Of a stretch of 37,399 bases of DNA, positions 1-8,406 are shown one piece after another. Each line of letters starts with the position of its first letter. Positions within the stretch are counted from its first letter, which is position 1. The stretch comes from a virus, in IMG/VR virus record IMGVR_UViG_3300045988_077516, positions 1 to 37,399 of that record. One strand, 5' to 3'. The position numbers were made by a program, and so were the translations under genes. Under the pieces are notes generated by a model. The model was not told where the DNA came from. It searched no databases and saw only the letters and a list, made by a program, of their open reading frames with translations.

Positions 1-55
1 TGTGGTCAGACAGTCATAAGCCAGGAGAGCAGGCACACTGGTGCAGGGGCGGCAA
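1..55. repeat. Terminal direct repeat, identical to 37345-37399 (circular assembly overlap)
   Basis: TGTGGTCAGACAGTCATAAGCCAGGAGAGCAGGCACACTGGTGCAGGGGCGGCAA occurs at both ends. An ORF reads through the join in frame. Confidence 0.95.
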
Positions 56-254
56 CTTATATCCGACAGAAGAATGCCCATATTTCGAACAGTATGAAGG
101 ACAGAAAATAGAACAATGTTACCGTGCAATGATTTCCACGTTCCAGGATGGATACCGATCGTGTTCGATGATGGTGAATGGAACATGTGAGAAATGTCTG
201 AGAGATTTGAACAAAGCTATACAGGGAGGAAAAGAACATGGCGATATACCATAA
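3..254 (+). CDS. C-terminal part of the junction-spanning Cys-rich protein (5' partial in this linearisation)
   Basis: Hand translation in the frame starting at nt 3 is open to TAA at 252-254. This frame matches the ORF that starts at 37212. Confidence 0.65.
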   Translation, partial: WSDSHKPGEQAHWCRGGNLYPTEECPYFEQYEGQKIEQCYRAMISTFQDGYRSCSMMVNGTCEKCLRDLNKAIQGGKEHGDIP

Positions 255-621
255 AACGTTGCAGTACCACGAAGGTGAGAAACAGCCAGGGCTTCCAGTA
301 CTGAAAAATAATGAACAGCGGAGAGCATGGCTCAGAAAATACAAAGAATGGGGATTGTGGTACGAAGACGAGAATATTGGATGTAAATATTACAAGTACG
401 ATTTTGACAACGGGGCAAGATTGATCGCGGAAACATATATCATTCCGGGCAATGAACACATTCCGGAAAGAGAAAACTGTTATTTCCATCTGGTAGGAGG
501 TCCGGAGGCTGAAAAGAAAAATGGAGTTCCTAAGTGGAATGTAAGAGAAGCTTACAGCAAATATCCCAACAGTGAAATGGAACTGGCAGAATTTTTGAAA
601 TCATTACAGAAGGGGAAATAA
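238..621 (+). CDS. Hypothetical protein (127 aa)
   Basis: ORF with GGGAGGA upstream of the ATG. It overlaps the end of the previous gene, as expected in a phage operon. Confidence 0.6.
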   Translation: MAIYHKTLQYHEGEKQPGLPVLKNNEQRRAWLRKYKEWGLWYEDENIGCKYYKYDFDNGARLIAETYIIPGNEHIPERENCYFHLVGGPEAEKKNGVPKWNVREAYSKYPNSEMELAEFLKSLQKGK

Positions 622-624
622 AAA

Positions 625-813
625 ATGAATTACGACAGAACGTGTGACACATGCAGATACCATAGCGAGGATGGGGTATGCAGATGTACAAGAAGCGAAG
701 AATTCAGTGATGTAACAACAGAAACACATTGCTGTGACTGCTACCAGGCAAGAATGGAATATGACTGGAGAATGTCTGTGCTGGACAGGTTCATGAAAGG
801 GGCGGGAAGATGA
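625..813 (+). CDS. Small Cys-rich hypothetical protein (62 aa)
   Basis: ORF packed tightly after the previous gene. Contains CDTCRY...CRC...CCDC cysteine clusters. Confidence 0.5.
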   Translation: MNYDRTCDTCRYHSEDGVCRCTRSEEFSDVTTETHCCDCYQARMEYDWRMSVLDRFMKGAGR

Positions 814-816
814 GCG

Positions 817-1104
817 ATGAAAGCAGCAGAAAAAAATGTAAAACGTAAAGCACATTATGATCATCTGGAGCAGAGTGTTGATGCTGATGCAGCCAGAAGA
901 TTCCATGAACCAGCCGCAGTAAAGAGCAAGATGACAAAACTGGCATCAGTCAAAATTATAGAACATTACATAGAACACACCGATGATGAAGACGGTGAAA
1001 TCCTGGAAATAATAGCAAGGAAATGCATGAGGGGAGGCGATGCCGGTGGAGATGACAGAAAACGACAAGAAAAAGGAGTTCCTGCGAAGATACCGGGAAT
1101 GTGA
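817..1104 (+). CDS. Hypothetical protein (95 aa)
   Basis: ORF in the operon. Its 3' end overlaps the next gene by 65 nt, so the true end and coding status are uncertain. Confidence 0.4.
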   Translation: MKAAEKNVKRKAHYDHLEQSVDADAARRFHEPAAVKSKMTKLASVKIIEHYIEHTDDEDGEILEIIARKCMRGGDAGGDDRKRQEKGVPAKIPGM

Positions 1105-1462
1105 ACGCAGGGAGCAGGAGATCCTGGAAGAGATCCAGAGGCTCCGGATGGATCAGATGTTTCCATCCATGGTCAATGACGGGATGCCGAAAGGCAGCCA
1201 GCAGTCCGATCTGTCGGATTACATGGTACTGTTGGATGAGCAGATTGATCGGCTGAAACAGGAACGCCTGGAAAAAGCAAGGACACGTGAACAGATCGAC
1301 CTGGCAATCAGACGTATGAAGAACCCGGATGAGCAGAGGGTGCTGCGACTGCGGTATCTGTGGGGGCTGAATTGGAAAGAAATCGGAGAAAAAATGGGGT
1401 ATAACGAAAGACAGCCCCAGAGAATCCATGGGAGTGCGTTGAATAATTTCAAGATGTCGTAG
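1040..1462 (+). CDS. DUF1492/ArpU-like late transcription regulator (sigma-70 region-4-type HTH)
   Basis: C-terminal EQRVLRLRYLWGLNWKEIGEKMGYNERQPQRIHGSALNNF resembles sigma-70 region 4. GGGGAGG lies upstream of the ATG. The position just before the packaging genes is typical. Confidence 0.7.
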   Translation: MPVEMTENDKKKEFLRRYRECERREQEILEEIQRLRMDQMFPSMVNDGMPKGSQQSDLSDYMVLLDEQIDRLKQERLEKARTREQIDLAIRRMKNPDEQRVLRLRYLWGLNWKEIGEKMGYNERQPQRIHGSALNNFKMS

Positions 1463-1588
1463 AATGTCGCACTCCACCTGTGATATAGTGTAATCAGTTC
1501 AGTTTGGGAATGATGCTGACATGATTGGTTCTTTTCATTTACCTCCGTATATTGTATATCTGCCGGGTCTCAACAGCCCGGCAGCATT

Positions 1589-1662
1589 GGAACATAGCTC
1601 AGTCGGTGAGAGCAGCTGGCTTATACCAGTGTTGTCGAAGGTTCGAGTCCTTCTGTTCCGAT
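1589..1662 (+). tRNA. tRNA-like gene with an irregular anticodon arm (anticodon TAT/Ile if a 7-nt loop is forced; otherwise undetermined)
   Basis: Acceptor TGGAACA/TGTTCCG, D arm GCTC-AGTCGGTGA-GAGC and T arm GAAGG-TTCGAGT-CCTTC are canonical. The only good anticodon helix, GCTGG/CCAGT, leaves a 6-nt loop CTTATA. No encoded CCA. Confidence 0.7.
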
Positions 1663-1719
1663 TTCCCTGATGGGGACATATAAGAATCCTTTCTCAAAAG
1701 AATAATACTTTTCCGCAGG

Positions 1720-1750
1720 AAGACATCTGGCAGTGCCGGGTGTCTTTTTG
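1720..1750 (+). terminator. Rho-independent terminator downstream of the tRNA
   Basis: Hairpin AAGACATCTGGC-AGT-GCCGGGTGTCTT followed by TTTTG. Confidence 0.7.
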
Positions 1751-1791
1751 TGTACTCAAAAATAACAACAGAACAAAGGAAGGTGAGGTGA

Positions 1792-2253
1792 TTGGCAAAC
1801 AATGAAAACTTAGTGCCTTTTGACAAACGAAGCGAGAGCGAAGTGAGAGAATACGCCAGAAAAGGCGGCCAGGCATCTGGAAGGACAAGGCGGCGAAAAG
1901 CAGAGTTCCGGAAGACGTTGAACGCCCTGCTGACAGCGGAAATTGACAACCCGGAGTGGAAACCGTTCCTGGAGTCGATCGGCCTGGACTGTACACTTGA
2001 ATCTGCGATGCTGGCGGCTCAGATCCGGGAAGCGATGCAGGGCAACACCAAAGCCGCTTACTTCGTGGCTCAGTATGCAGGGCAGAACGGGGCGGCAGAG
2101 GAGGACATCCGCAACAAGGAAGCAGATACAGAGCTTAAGAAAGCGAGGAAACGGGCAGTCACAGGTGAGAATGAGACGGACGAGGCACTTGAGAAGCTGG
2201 ATGCGATACTGAAGGAGGTGCGTGACAATGCAGTTGAGCAAAATGCAGAATGA
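1792..2253 (+). CDS. terS: Terminase small subunit
   Basis: TTG start with AAGGAAGGTGAGGTG upstream. N-terminal NLVPFDKRSESEVREYARKGGQASGRTRRRK is typical of Firmicutes phage small terminases. It sits directly before terL. Confidence 0.75.
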   Translation: MANNENLVPFDKRSESEVREYARKGGQASGRTRRRKAEFRKTLNALLTAEIDNPEWKPFLESIGLDCTLESAMLAAQIREAMQGNTKAAYFVAQYAGQNGAAEEDIRNKEADTELKKARKRAVTGENETDEALEKLDAILKEVRDNAVEQNAE

Positions 2254-3553
2254 ATACATCGTGAACGCAACGCACCGCTGGAACATTAAATCCGGGGCAG
2301 TACGTTCCGGGAAGTCTTTTGTAGATACGGCTTTTGTCATTCCCTTCCGGATCCGTGAGAGGGCGGGAAAACCGGGGCTGAATGTGATCCTTGGCGTGTC
2401 GAAGGAATCCATCGAGCGAAACGTGCTCCAGCCGATGCGTGAGATCTATACCGATAAGCTGGTCGGAAACATCAACAACCGCAACATTGCAAGGGTATGC
2501 GGTGAGGATGTCTACTGCCTGGGGGCGGAGAAGGTCAGCCAGGTTGCCAAGATCCAGGGTGCAAGCATCAAATACTGCTACGGGGATGAGATCGCTAAGT
2601 GGAACAAAGAAGTGTTCCAGATGCTCAAATCACGACTCGATAAGCCTTGCAGCTGCTTTGACGGGTCATGCAACCCGGAGCATCCTACCCACTGGCTGAA
2701 AGAGTTCCTGGACACACCGGAGCTTGATATCTACCTGCAAAAGTACACGATCTTTGACAACCCGTACCTGGATCCGGCTTTTGTGGAACAGCTCTGCAGG
2801 GAATACGATGGCACGATCTACTACGACCGCCTGATCTTAGGACTCTGGAAGCGTGCAGACGGTTCGATCTACAAGAAGTTTGCAGACCACCCGGAAGCGT
2901 TCCGGTGCGGGATCGTAGAACATCCCGGAAGCAGCCCGGACTGCAAGGAGTTTCGGAAGCAGGACCTTGTATCCATCGAGATCGGTCTGGACTTCGGCGG
3001 CAACAAGTCCGGCCATGCGTTCGTGGCAAGAGGGTACACGGACAATTACCGGGATGTGATCGCCCTGAAATCCCGCCGGGTCATGGCAAAAGAGAAAGAC
3101 GACCCGATCGACAGCAACCGTCTGGATCAACTGTTCTGTGATTTCGTGCAGGATGTGATCGACCAGTATGCGGATGTTGTAAGACACTGGGATACCATCG
3201 AATACTGCAACGTAGAAACGGTCTTCTGGGACAATGCAGAAACCGTGCTGGGTAATTCCATCCGGAACGCGGTCGAGAAGCGTTTCCCGTGGATCAGCGT
3301 GAAACCGGCAAAGAAGAAACGTGTAAATGACCGTATCAATGCGACCGTCAGGCTTATGGGAGCCGGGCGGTTTTTTCTTACAGACGACTGCGATAGCCTG
3401 GAAACAGCATTTTCGGATGCGGTCTGGAACAGGGAGAAACAGGATGATGAGCGGCTGGACGATGGCAGCACGGACATAGACAGCCTGGATGCGTTCGAGT
3501 ACACCATAGAACGCGACCTGAAGGAACTCATCCAGGAGGTGGAGGATGTTTGA
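2228..3553 (+). CDS. terL: Terminase large subunit (PBSX-type)
   Basis: Walker A-like SGAVRSGKS near the N-terminus, about 440 aa. ATG 2228 lies 9 nt after AGGAGG; the alternative GTG at 2222 lies only 3 nt after it. Confidence 0.9.
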   Translation: MQLSKMQNEYIVNATHRWNIKSGAVRSGKSFVDTAFVIPFRIRERAGKPGLNVILGVSKESIERNVLQPMREIYTDKLVGNINNRNIARVCGEDVYCLGAEKVSQVAKIQGASIKYCYGDEIAKWNKEVFQMLKSRLDKPCSCFDGSCNPEHPTHWLKEFLDTPELDIYLQKYTIFDNPYLDPAFVEQLCREYDGTIYYDRLILGLWKRADGSIYKKFADHPEAFRCGIVEHPGSSPDCKEFRKQDLVSIEIGLDFGGNKSGHAFVARGYTDNYRDVIALKSRRVMAKEKDDPIDSNRLDQLFCDFVQDVIDQYADVVRHWDTIEYCNVETVFWDNAETVLGNSIRNAVEKRFPWISVKPAKKKRVNDRINATVRLMGAGRFFLTDDCDSLETAFSDAVWNREKQDDERLDDGSTDIDSLDAFEYTIERDLKELIQEVEDV

Positions 3554-4895
3554 TTTTGCAAAACGGATATGGAGAGAGGTGAGGAGATTGTTTGATTATA
3601 CGACACTGAAAACAGCCCTGGGGCGTGAACTGACGCTGTCACAGTCCATGGTCGAAGCCCTGGAAAGCTGGGGCGGCATGATGGACGGGAAGGCACCGTG
3701 GTGCGTGGACCCGGTGGTGTCGCTTCGGATTGAGTCCGGTATCTGCCGCGAATTTGCGGATGCGGTGCTGGTTGAGATGGAAAGCTCCATCCTGAACAAT
3801 GACCGGCTGGATGCGGCTTACCAGAGGGGGCTGTTAGACCTGAATGAGAACCTGCAGGACGGTCTTGGCTTCGGCTCTTTTATCCTGCGGCCGCTGGGGG
3901 CAGACAGGACCGAGTTCGTCACAGCTGATAAGTTCGTGCCGGTCCGCTTCGATGATTCCGGGAAACCGGTCGATGTTGCTTTTCTGACCGTTAATCGGGT
4001 GGGGGAATATGACTATTACACGAAAATGGAGCGTCATTACTTCACGAACGGAAACCTGACGATCGAAAACAAGTGCTACCATTCCCTTGACCGGAATCAC
4101 CTTGGTACACCATGCAGCCTGGATGCGGTGGACGAATGGGCAGACATCAACCAGGGTCCGGTGACCTATCCAGGAATGGACCGCATGGACTTCGGGTACT
4201 ACCGCAACCCACTCAAAAACCGGATTGACGGTTCATTCTGTGGGGTGTCAATCTTTGACGCTGCTGCCGACCTGATCCGCAAGGCAGACATCCAGGCGGC
4301 AAGGCTCGACTGGGAGTATGAATCCGGCGAGCGTGCCGTGCATGTGGATGAACGTGCACTGAAACGCGGAAGCAGGGGCACACGGATGGCACAGCTGAAC
4401 AAACGCCTGTACCGTGGCCTGAACATCGAGGACGGCAAAGACAAGGAACTGCTGCGGGAATATTCCCCGGCGATGCGGGACGCTTCCTACATTGCCGGCC
4501 TTGAGAAGTATTACCGGAACATTGAGTTCACAGTCGGGCTTGCCTACGGCGACCTGTCAGATGTTCAGGAGGTATCCAAGACAGCGACTGAGGTACGCGT
4601 CTCGAAAGCACGGAAATACAACCGTGTGACAGCGATCCAGGAGAACCTGAAAGAATGCCTGGAGGATTATGCCGCTGCCCTGGCGTTCTATAACAGCATG
4701 TACCATTCCGGTTATGAATTTGCCTGTAAGTTCAACGATTCCATCCTGACGGATGAAGATTCCGAAAGGCAGCAGGATCGCCAGGATGTTTCTATGGGTG
4801 TGATGTCTGCGGTTGAATACCGCATGAAGTGGTACAACGAGGATGAGGCGACAGCCAAGAAGAACCTGCCAGTGCAGAATAACGTGATGGAGTGA
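3546..4895 (+). CDS. Portal protein (SPP1 gp6-like)
   Basis: 449 aa, directly after terL with an overlapping start. GGAGGTGGAGG ribosome-binding site. Confidence 0.85.
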   Translation: MFDFAKRIWREVRRLFDYTTLKTALGRELTLSQSMVEALESWGGMMDGKAPWCVDPVVSLRIESGICREFADAVLVEMESSILNNDRLDAAYQRGLLDLNENLQDGLGFGSFILRPLGADRTEFVTADKFVPVRFDDSGKPVDVAFLTVNRVGEYDYYTKMERHYFTNGNLTIENKCYHSLDRNHLGTPCSLDAVDEWADINQGPVTYPGMDRMDFGYYRNPLKNRIDGSFCGVSIFDAAADLIRKADIQAARLDWEYESGERAVHVDERALKRGSRGTRMAQLNKRLYRGLNIEDGKDKELLREYSPAMRDASYIAGLEKYYRNIEFTVGLAYGDLSDVQEVSKTATEVRVSKARKYNRVTAIQENLKECLEDYAAALAFYNSMYHSGYEFACKFNDSILTDEDSERQQDRQDVSMGVMSAVEYRMKWYNEDEATAKKNLPVQNNVME

Positions 4896-4899
4896 TGCC

Positions 4900-6705
4900 A
4901 TGGCGAGCAAGAAGGAGAAACCGGATAAAGAACGGATGGGGCTGGTTGCGGAGAGGATCTGGCGGGATGCAGAGCTGCGTATCATGGAGGATGTTGTCCG
5001 CAGGATAAAAAAAGCCGGCGAGATCACATCAACGGCAGACTACCAGATCAACCGCCTGATCGAGATGGGCAGATCCCGGGAGGAAGTCGAGCGAATCATA
5101 AAAGAATCATTGGATGCAACCTGGCCGGAAATGTTTGAAATGTATGACAAGGTGGCTGAATGGGAATATGTCCGCAACCAGGAAGTCTATGAGCAGATCA
5201 CGGACGAGTTTATCGCACCTGAGGATAACGAGTGGCTCATACAGCTGACAGAAGCCATAAGGAAACAGACACAGGACACCATGGTGAACTTGTCCCAGAG
5301 CTGCGGATTTTCGGTCATGATGGGCGGCAGGCGTGTATTCACACCATTTGCCGAGTACTACCAGAAATACGTGGATACGGCCATACAGGACGTTGTGACA
5401 GGTGCCACGGATTACAACTCTGCCGTCCGCAAAGTCGTCACCCAGATGACGAACAGCGGGCTTCGGGTGGTGGATTACGCTTCCGGCCACACCAACCGGG
5501 CAGACGTAGCAGCCCGCAGAGCCGTCCTTACAGGCGTGAACCAGATCACGGCACAGATCAGTGAGCACAACGCAGAAAAACTCGGCACAGACCAGTTTGA
5601 AGTGTCCTGGCACCCATGTGCGAGGCCGGATCACCAGACATGGCAGGGCAAGGTGTTCAGCAAGGAAGAACTGCGGACGGTTTGCGGATATGGAAGCGTC
5701 ACAGGGTTGTGCGGTGCCAACTGTAGACATTCCTTTGACCCATTTATCCCTGGCATTTCCGAACGTCTCTATCCGGATGACTGGCTGGAAGAGCAGAACA
5801 AAAGGGAAGCCCAGACAAAAGAATGGAACGGTAAGCAGCTCAATGCCTACGAACAGACCCAGCAGCAGAGGAAGATGGAGACCGCCATGCGTGCCCAGCG
5901 TCAGAAGATTCGGCTGTTAGAAGAGGCAGGAGCTGACAAGGACGACATCATGCTGGAAAAAGCAAAGTACCAGGGACAGCTGAACGAGTATAAGCAGTTT
6001 AGTAAGAAAATGGGACTTGTGGAACAGCGTGAGAGAATCTATCAGGATGGACTGGGAAGAATTGCTCCCGTAAAAACAACTTACAAATTTCAAAATAAAG
6101 CAGAGACATCACAGATGTATCGCCCGATACAGCGGAGCCAAGAGAGTATAGACGTAAAAATCAAAGAGGACTTTGAAGTGAAAACGCGAAAAGTACTATC
6201 TTATTCGGGCGATGTATATATTTCTGACAATGCAACGATAAAACCAAGAGCGTTGCATCAAATTAACAAAAATACAGAAGAAGCAATAAAACAATGGGGG
6301 ATTCCATCAGACAGAAAACCTAAAATTGTGATTGTATCACCGGATGAGATGCCAACAGCGTATGGAAAATATGACGCAATTCAAAATACTGTTTTTTATA
6401 TTCCACAAATTGCAGATAAAAAGATTGTAGAAAATCAAGGTGATATCGAATATCATGAAATGTGGCATATGAAACAAGCTGAAAATTTCAGAAGTCAGAA
6501 GGGAAAAATTACTAAAGAAAACCATAGAGAGTACATACAAAGTGCTTGTAAGGATGCGAAGAAGGTAATTGACAAGGCTGGTATAAGCAAGTACAATGTG
6601 AATAAAGTAAGCGAATATGCAGAAAGGATGTATCGCTTAGGTCGCTATGATGAAGTTGAGGCAGAGTATATGACTACATATAGGAGAAAAAGACATGGTA
6701 ATTAG
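4900..6705 (+). CDS. Minor head protein (MuF / SPP1 gp7 / minor-capsid-2 type) fused to an AT-rich C-terminal domain with an HExxH motif
   Basis: The central region AARRAVLTGVNQ...WHPCARPDHQTWQGKVFS...CGANCRHSFDPF is the MuF-like core. The last ~215 aa contain YHEMWHMKQ. GC falls sharply from about nt 6060. Confidence 0.85.
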   Translation: MASKKEKPDKERMGLVAERIWRDAELRIMEDVVRRIKKAGEITSTADYQINRLIEMGRSREEVERIIKESLDATWPEMFEMYDKVAEWEYVRNQEVYEQITDEFIAPEDNEWLIQLTEAIRKQTQDTMVNLSQSCGFSVMMGGRRVFTPFAEYYQKYVDTAIQDVVTGATDYNSAVRKVVTQMTNSGLRVVDYASGHTNRADVAARRAVLTGVNQITAQISEHNAEKLGTDQFEVSWHPCARPDHQTWQGKVFSKEELRTVCGYGSVTGLCGANCRHSFDPFIPGISERLYPDDWLEEQNKREAQTKEWNGKQLNAYEQTQQQRKMETAMRAQRQKIRLLEEAGADKDDIMLEKAKYQGQLNEYKQFSKKMGLVEQRERIYQDGLGRIAPVKTTYKFQNKAETSQMYRPIQRSQESIDVKIKEDFEVKTRKVLSYSGDVYISDNATIKPRALHQINKNTEEAIKQWGIPSDRKPKIVIVSPDEMPTAYGKYDAIQNTVFYIPQIADKKIVENQGDIEYHEMWHMKQAENFRSQKGKITKENHREYIQSACKDAKKVIDKAGISKYNVNKVSEYAERMYRLGRYDEVEAEYMTTYRRKRHGN

Positions 6706-6853
6706 GGAATATCCAGAAGAAATAAGAAAGCTGATGGAAGTGTATGAACCATATGCTAATCGTATCTATGATGGGAAGCTTGAGAATGCTCCAACAAAAG
6801 TGATAGAAGCATTTGAAAAAGTAAAAAAGTGGGCATGGGAACAAGGACAGTAG
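6695..6853 (+). CDS. Small ORF (52 aa) overlapping the MuF stop; candidate cognate partner or immunity protein
   Basis: Hand translation gives MVIREYPEEIRKLMEVYEPYANRIYDGKLENAPTKVIEAFEKVKKWAWEQGQ. AGGAG lies 8 nt upstream of the ATG and a terminator follows directly. It is below the size cut-off of the supplied track. Confidence 0.5.
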   Translation: MVIREYPEEIRKLMEVYEPYANRIYDGKLENAPTKVIEAFEKVKKWAWEQGQ

Positions 6854-7713
6854 GTACCACCAGTCGAAAGACAGGTGGTATTTTTGTACCCATTTTTAAG
6901 GAGGTGAGAAACATAAAAAGCAAAACTTACGAAGAATTTGTCGAAAAATTCAAACCGAAGAAAACGACAGACGACTGCTATACACCGTCAGAAATATACG
7001 AAGCCATAAAGGACTGGGTTTGCAAACGTTACAATATCGATCCTGAGAACGTGATCCGCCCATTCTGGCCGGGCGGCGATTACGAAAAAGACGAGTACCC
7101 ACCGGGATGTGTGGTGGTGGACAACCCGCCTTTTTCCATCCTGAAAAATATATGTGAATTTTATCTGGAACGGGGCATCCCGTTCTTTTTGTTTGCCCCG
7201 TCACTCACGGCATTATCCGGCAAGACTACCTGGGACAGAATGAACCATATTGTGTGCGACTGCACGATCGAATACGAAAACGGTGCAACTGTGAAGACAT
7301 CGTTTATTACCAGTTTCGAACCGGAAACGGTAGCAGAGACATCACCGGAGCTGACAAAGCTGGTGAATGATACAACAGAAAAGCTGAGGCAGGAAAAGAC
7401 ACGGAAATTGTCAAAGTATGATTATCCGGATCATATCGTTACCGCTGCCATGATGCAGAAAATGGCACGCTACGGCGTGCATTTCAGGGTAAGGCGTGAA
7501 GAATGCCAGCATGTGCGAAGCCTGGACGCCCAAAGGGCCATGAAAAAAACGATTTACGGGGCAGGGCTTCTGCTGTCAGACCAGGCGGCAGCCAGGAAGC
7601 AGAACGCAGAAAAGCAGGCAGCAGAAAAGCAGGCAGAGGATACCATCTGTTATGAACTTTCAGAACGCGAGAGGGAACTGGTGGAAGAATTAAATAAATC
7701 AACACTGTATTAA
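6829..7713 (+). CDS. Orphan N6-adenine DNA methyltransferase-like protein (true start probably near 6904-6913)
   Basis: VVVDNPPFS is the (D/N)PP(F/Y) catalytic motif IV, and DDCYTPSEIY lies near the N-terminus. A strong AAGGAGG at 6898-6904 implies a start at GTG 6904 or ATA 6913. The ATG at 6829 has no ribosome-binding site and would span the terminator. Confidence 0.7.
   Translation: MGMGTRTVGTTSRKTGGIFVPIFKEVRNIKSKTYEEFVEKFKPKKTTDDCYTPSEIYEAIKDWVCKRYNIDPENVIRPFWPGGDYEKDEYPPGCVVVDNPPFSILKNICEFYLERGIPFFLFAPSLTALSGKTTWDRMNHIVCDCTIEYENGATVKTSFITSFEPETVAETSPELTKLVNDTTEKLRQEKTRKLSKYDYPDHIVTAAMMQKMARYGVHFRVRREECQHVRSLDAQRAMKKTIYGAGLLLSDQAAARKQNAEKQAAEKQAEDTICYELSERERELVEELNKSTLY
6855..6885 (+). 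terminator. Rho-independent terminator-like hairpin after the 52-aa ORF
   Basis: TACCACC - 12-nt loop - GGTGGTA followed by TTTTTG. Confidence 0.6.
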
Positions 7714-7731
7714 GAAAGCGAGGATGAAAAC

Positions 7732-8016
7732 ATGATTATTACAGGAATGGCACATTTTGAAAGCGTTTGTAAAAAGAAACTGGTTGATTGGTACAACGAG
7801 AATGGTTTTGCCGATACACCGGTAACGCCGCCAATTGACTTATCTAACGTATTCGTAGTATGGAGCTGCAAGACTTTACAGAATTACAAATGTCTTGTAT
7901 CTACTACGGTGAGCGGTGATGGTATCTATGCAGAGTATACATACAACGGTGATAAGCAGGAACTTTACGAAGATGTGTACAAGAAAGTGACAAATACATG
8001 CTATACGGAGGAATAA
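7732..8016 (+). CDS. Hypothetical protein (94 aa)
   Basis: ORF with GAGGA upstream, in an AT-rich region. I tentatively recall a small phage family with a VVWSCKTLQNYK...YNGDK pattern. Confidence 0.6.
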   Translation: MIITGMAHFESVCKKKLVDWYNENGFADTPVTPPIDLSNVFVVWSCKTLQNYKCLVSTTVSGDGIYAEYTYNGDKQELYEDVYKKVTNTCYTEE

Positions 8017-8019
8017 GTG

Positions 8020-8406
8020 ATGAAAAGAAAAATAGCAGCATTGCTGGTACTGATAGCAGTGAGTTGTTTTACAATGACTGGATGCACAGAAGCGGATCAG
8101 GTAAGTACAAATATCTCCAAGGAAGCTGATAACTTCAATGTAACGCGAAAACTTACCGTTCTGAATGCACGAACAGATACTATTTTGCTTGAACTGACCG
8201 GAACGTTTGCACTGAAAAATAATTCAGACAACGAACTGGAAGTAATTATTGAAACAGCAGAAGGGAAATATCAGAAAGATTATGTATATCTTAATAATTA
8301 CACCATGTATGTTGTTGAAGATATCTCAGGGGCTGAGGTAGATAAGTATCATTACGAGATTAACTTTCTTCCAGAGTTCGGACTTAAGGTTACACACGAT
8401 GACTGA
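8020..8406 (+). CDS. Secreted lipoprotein
   Basis: Signal peptide MKRKIAALLVLIAVSCFTMTG followed by Cys (lipobox-like MTGC). GGAGG lies 8 nt upstream of ATG 8020. Confidence 0.75.
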   Translation: MKRKIAALLVLIAVSCFTMTGCTEADQVSTNISKEADNFNVTRKLTVLNARTDTILLELTGTFALKNNSDNELEVIIETAEGKYQKDYVYLNNYTMYVVEDISGAEVDKYHYEINFLPEFGLKVTHDD

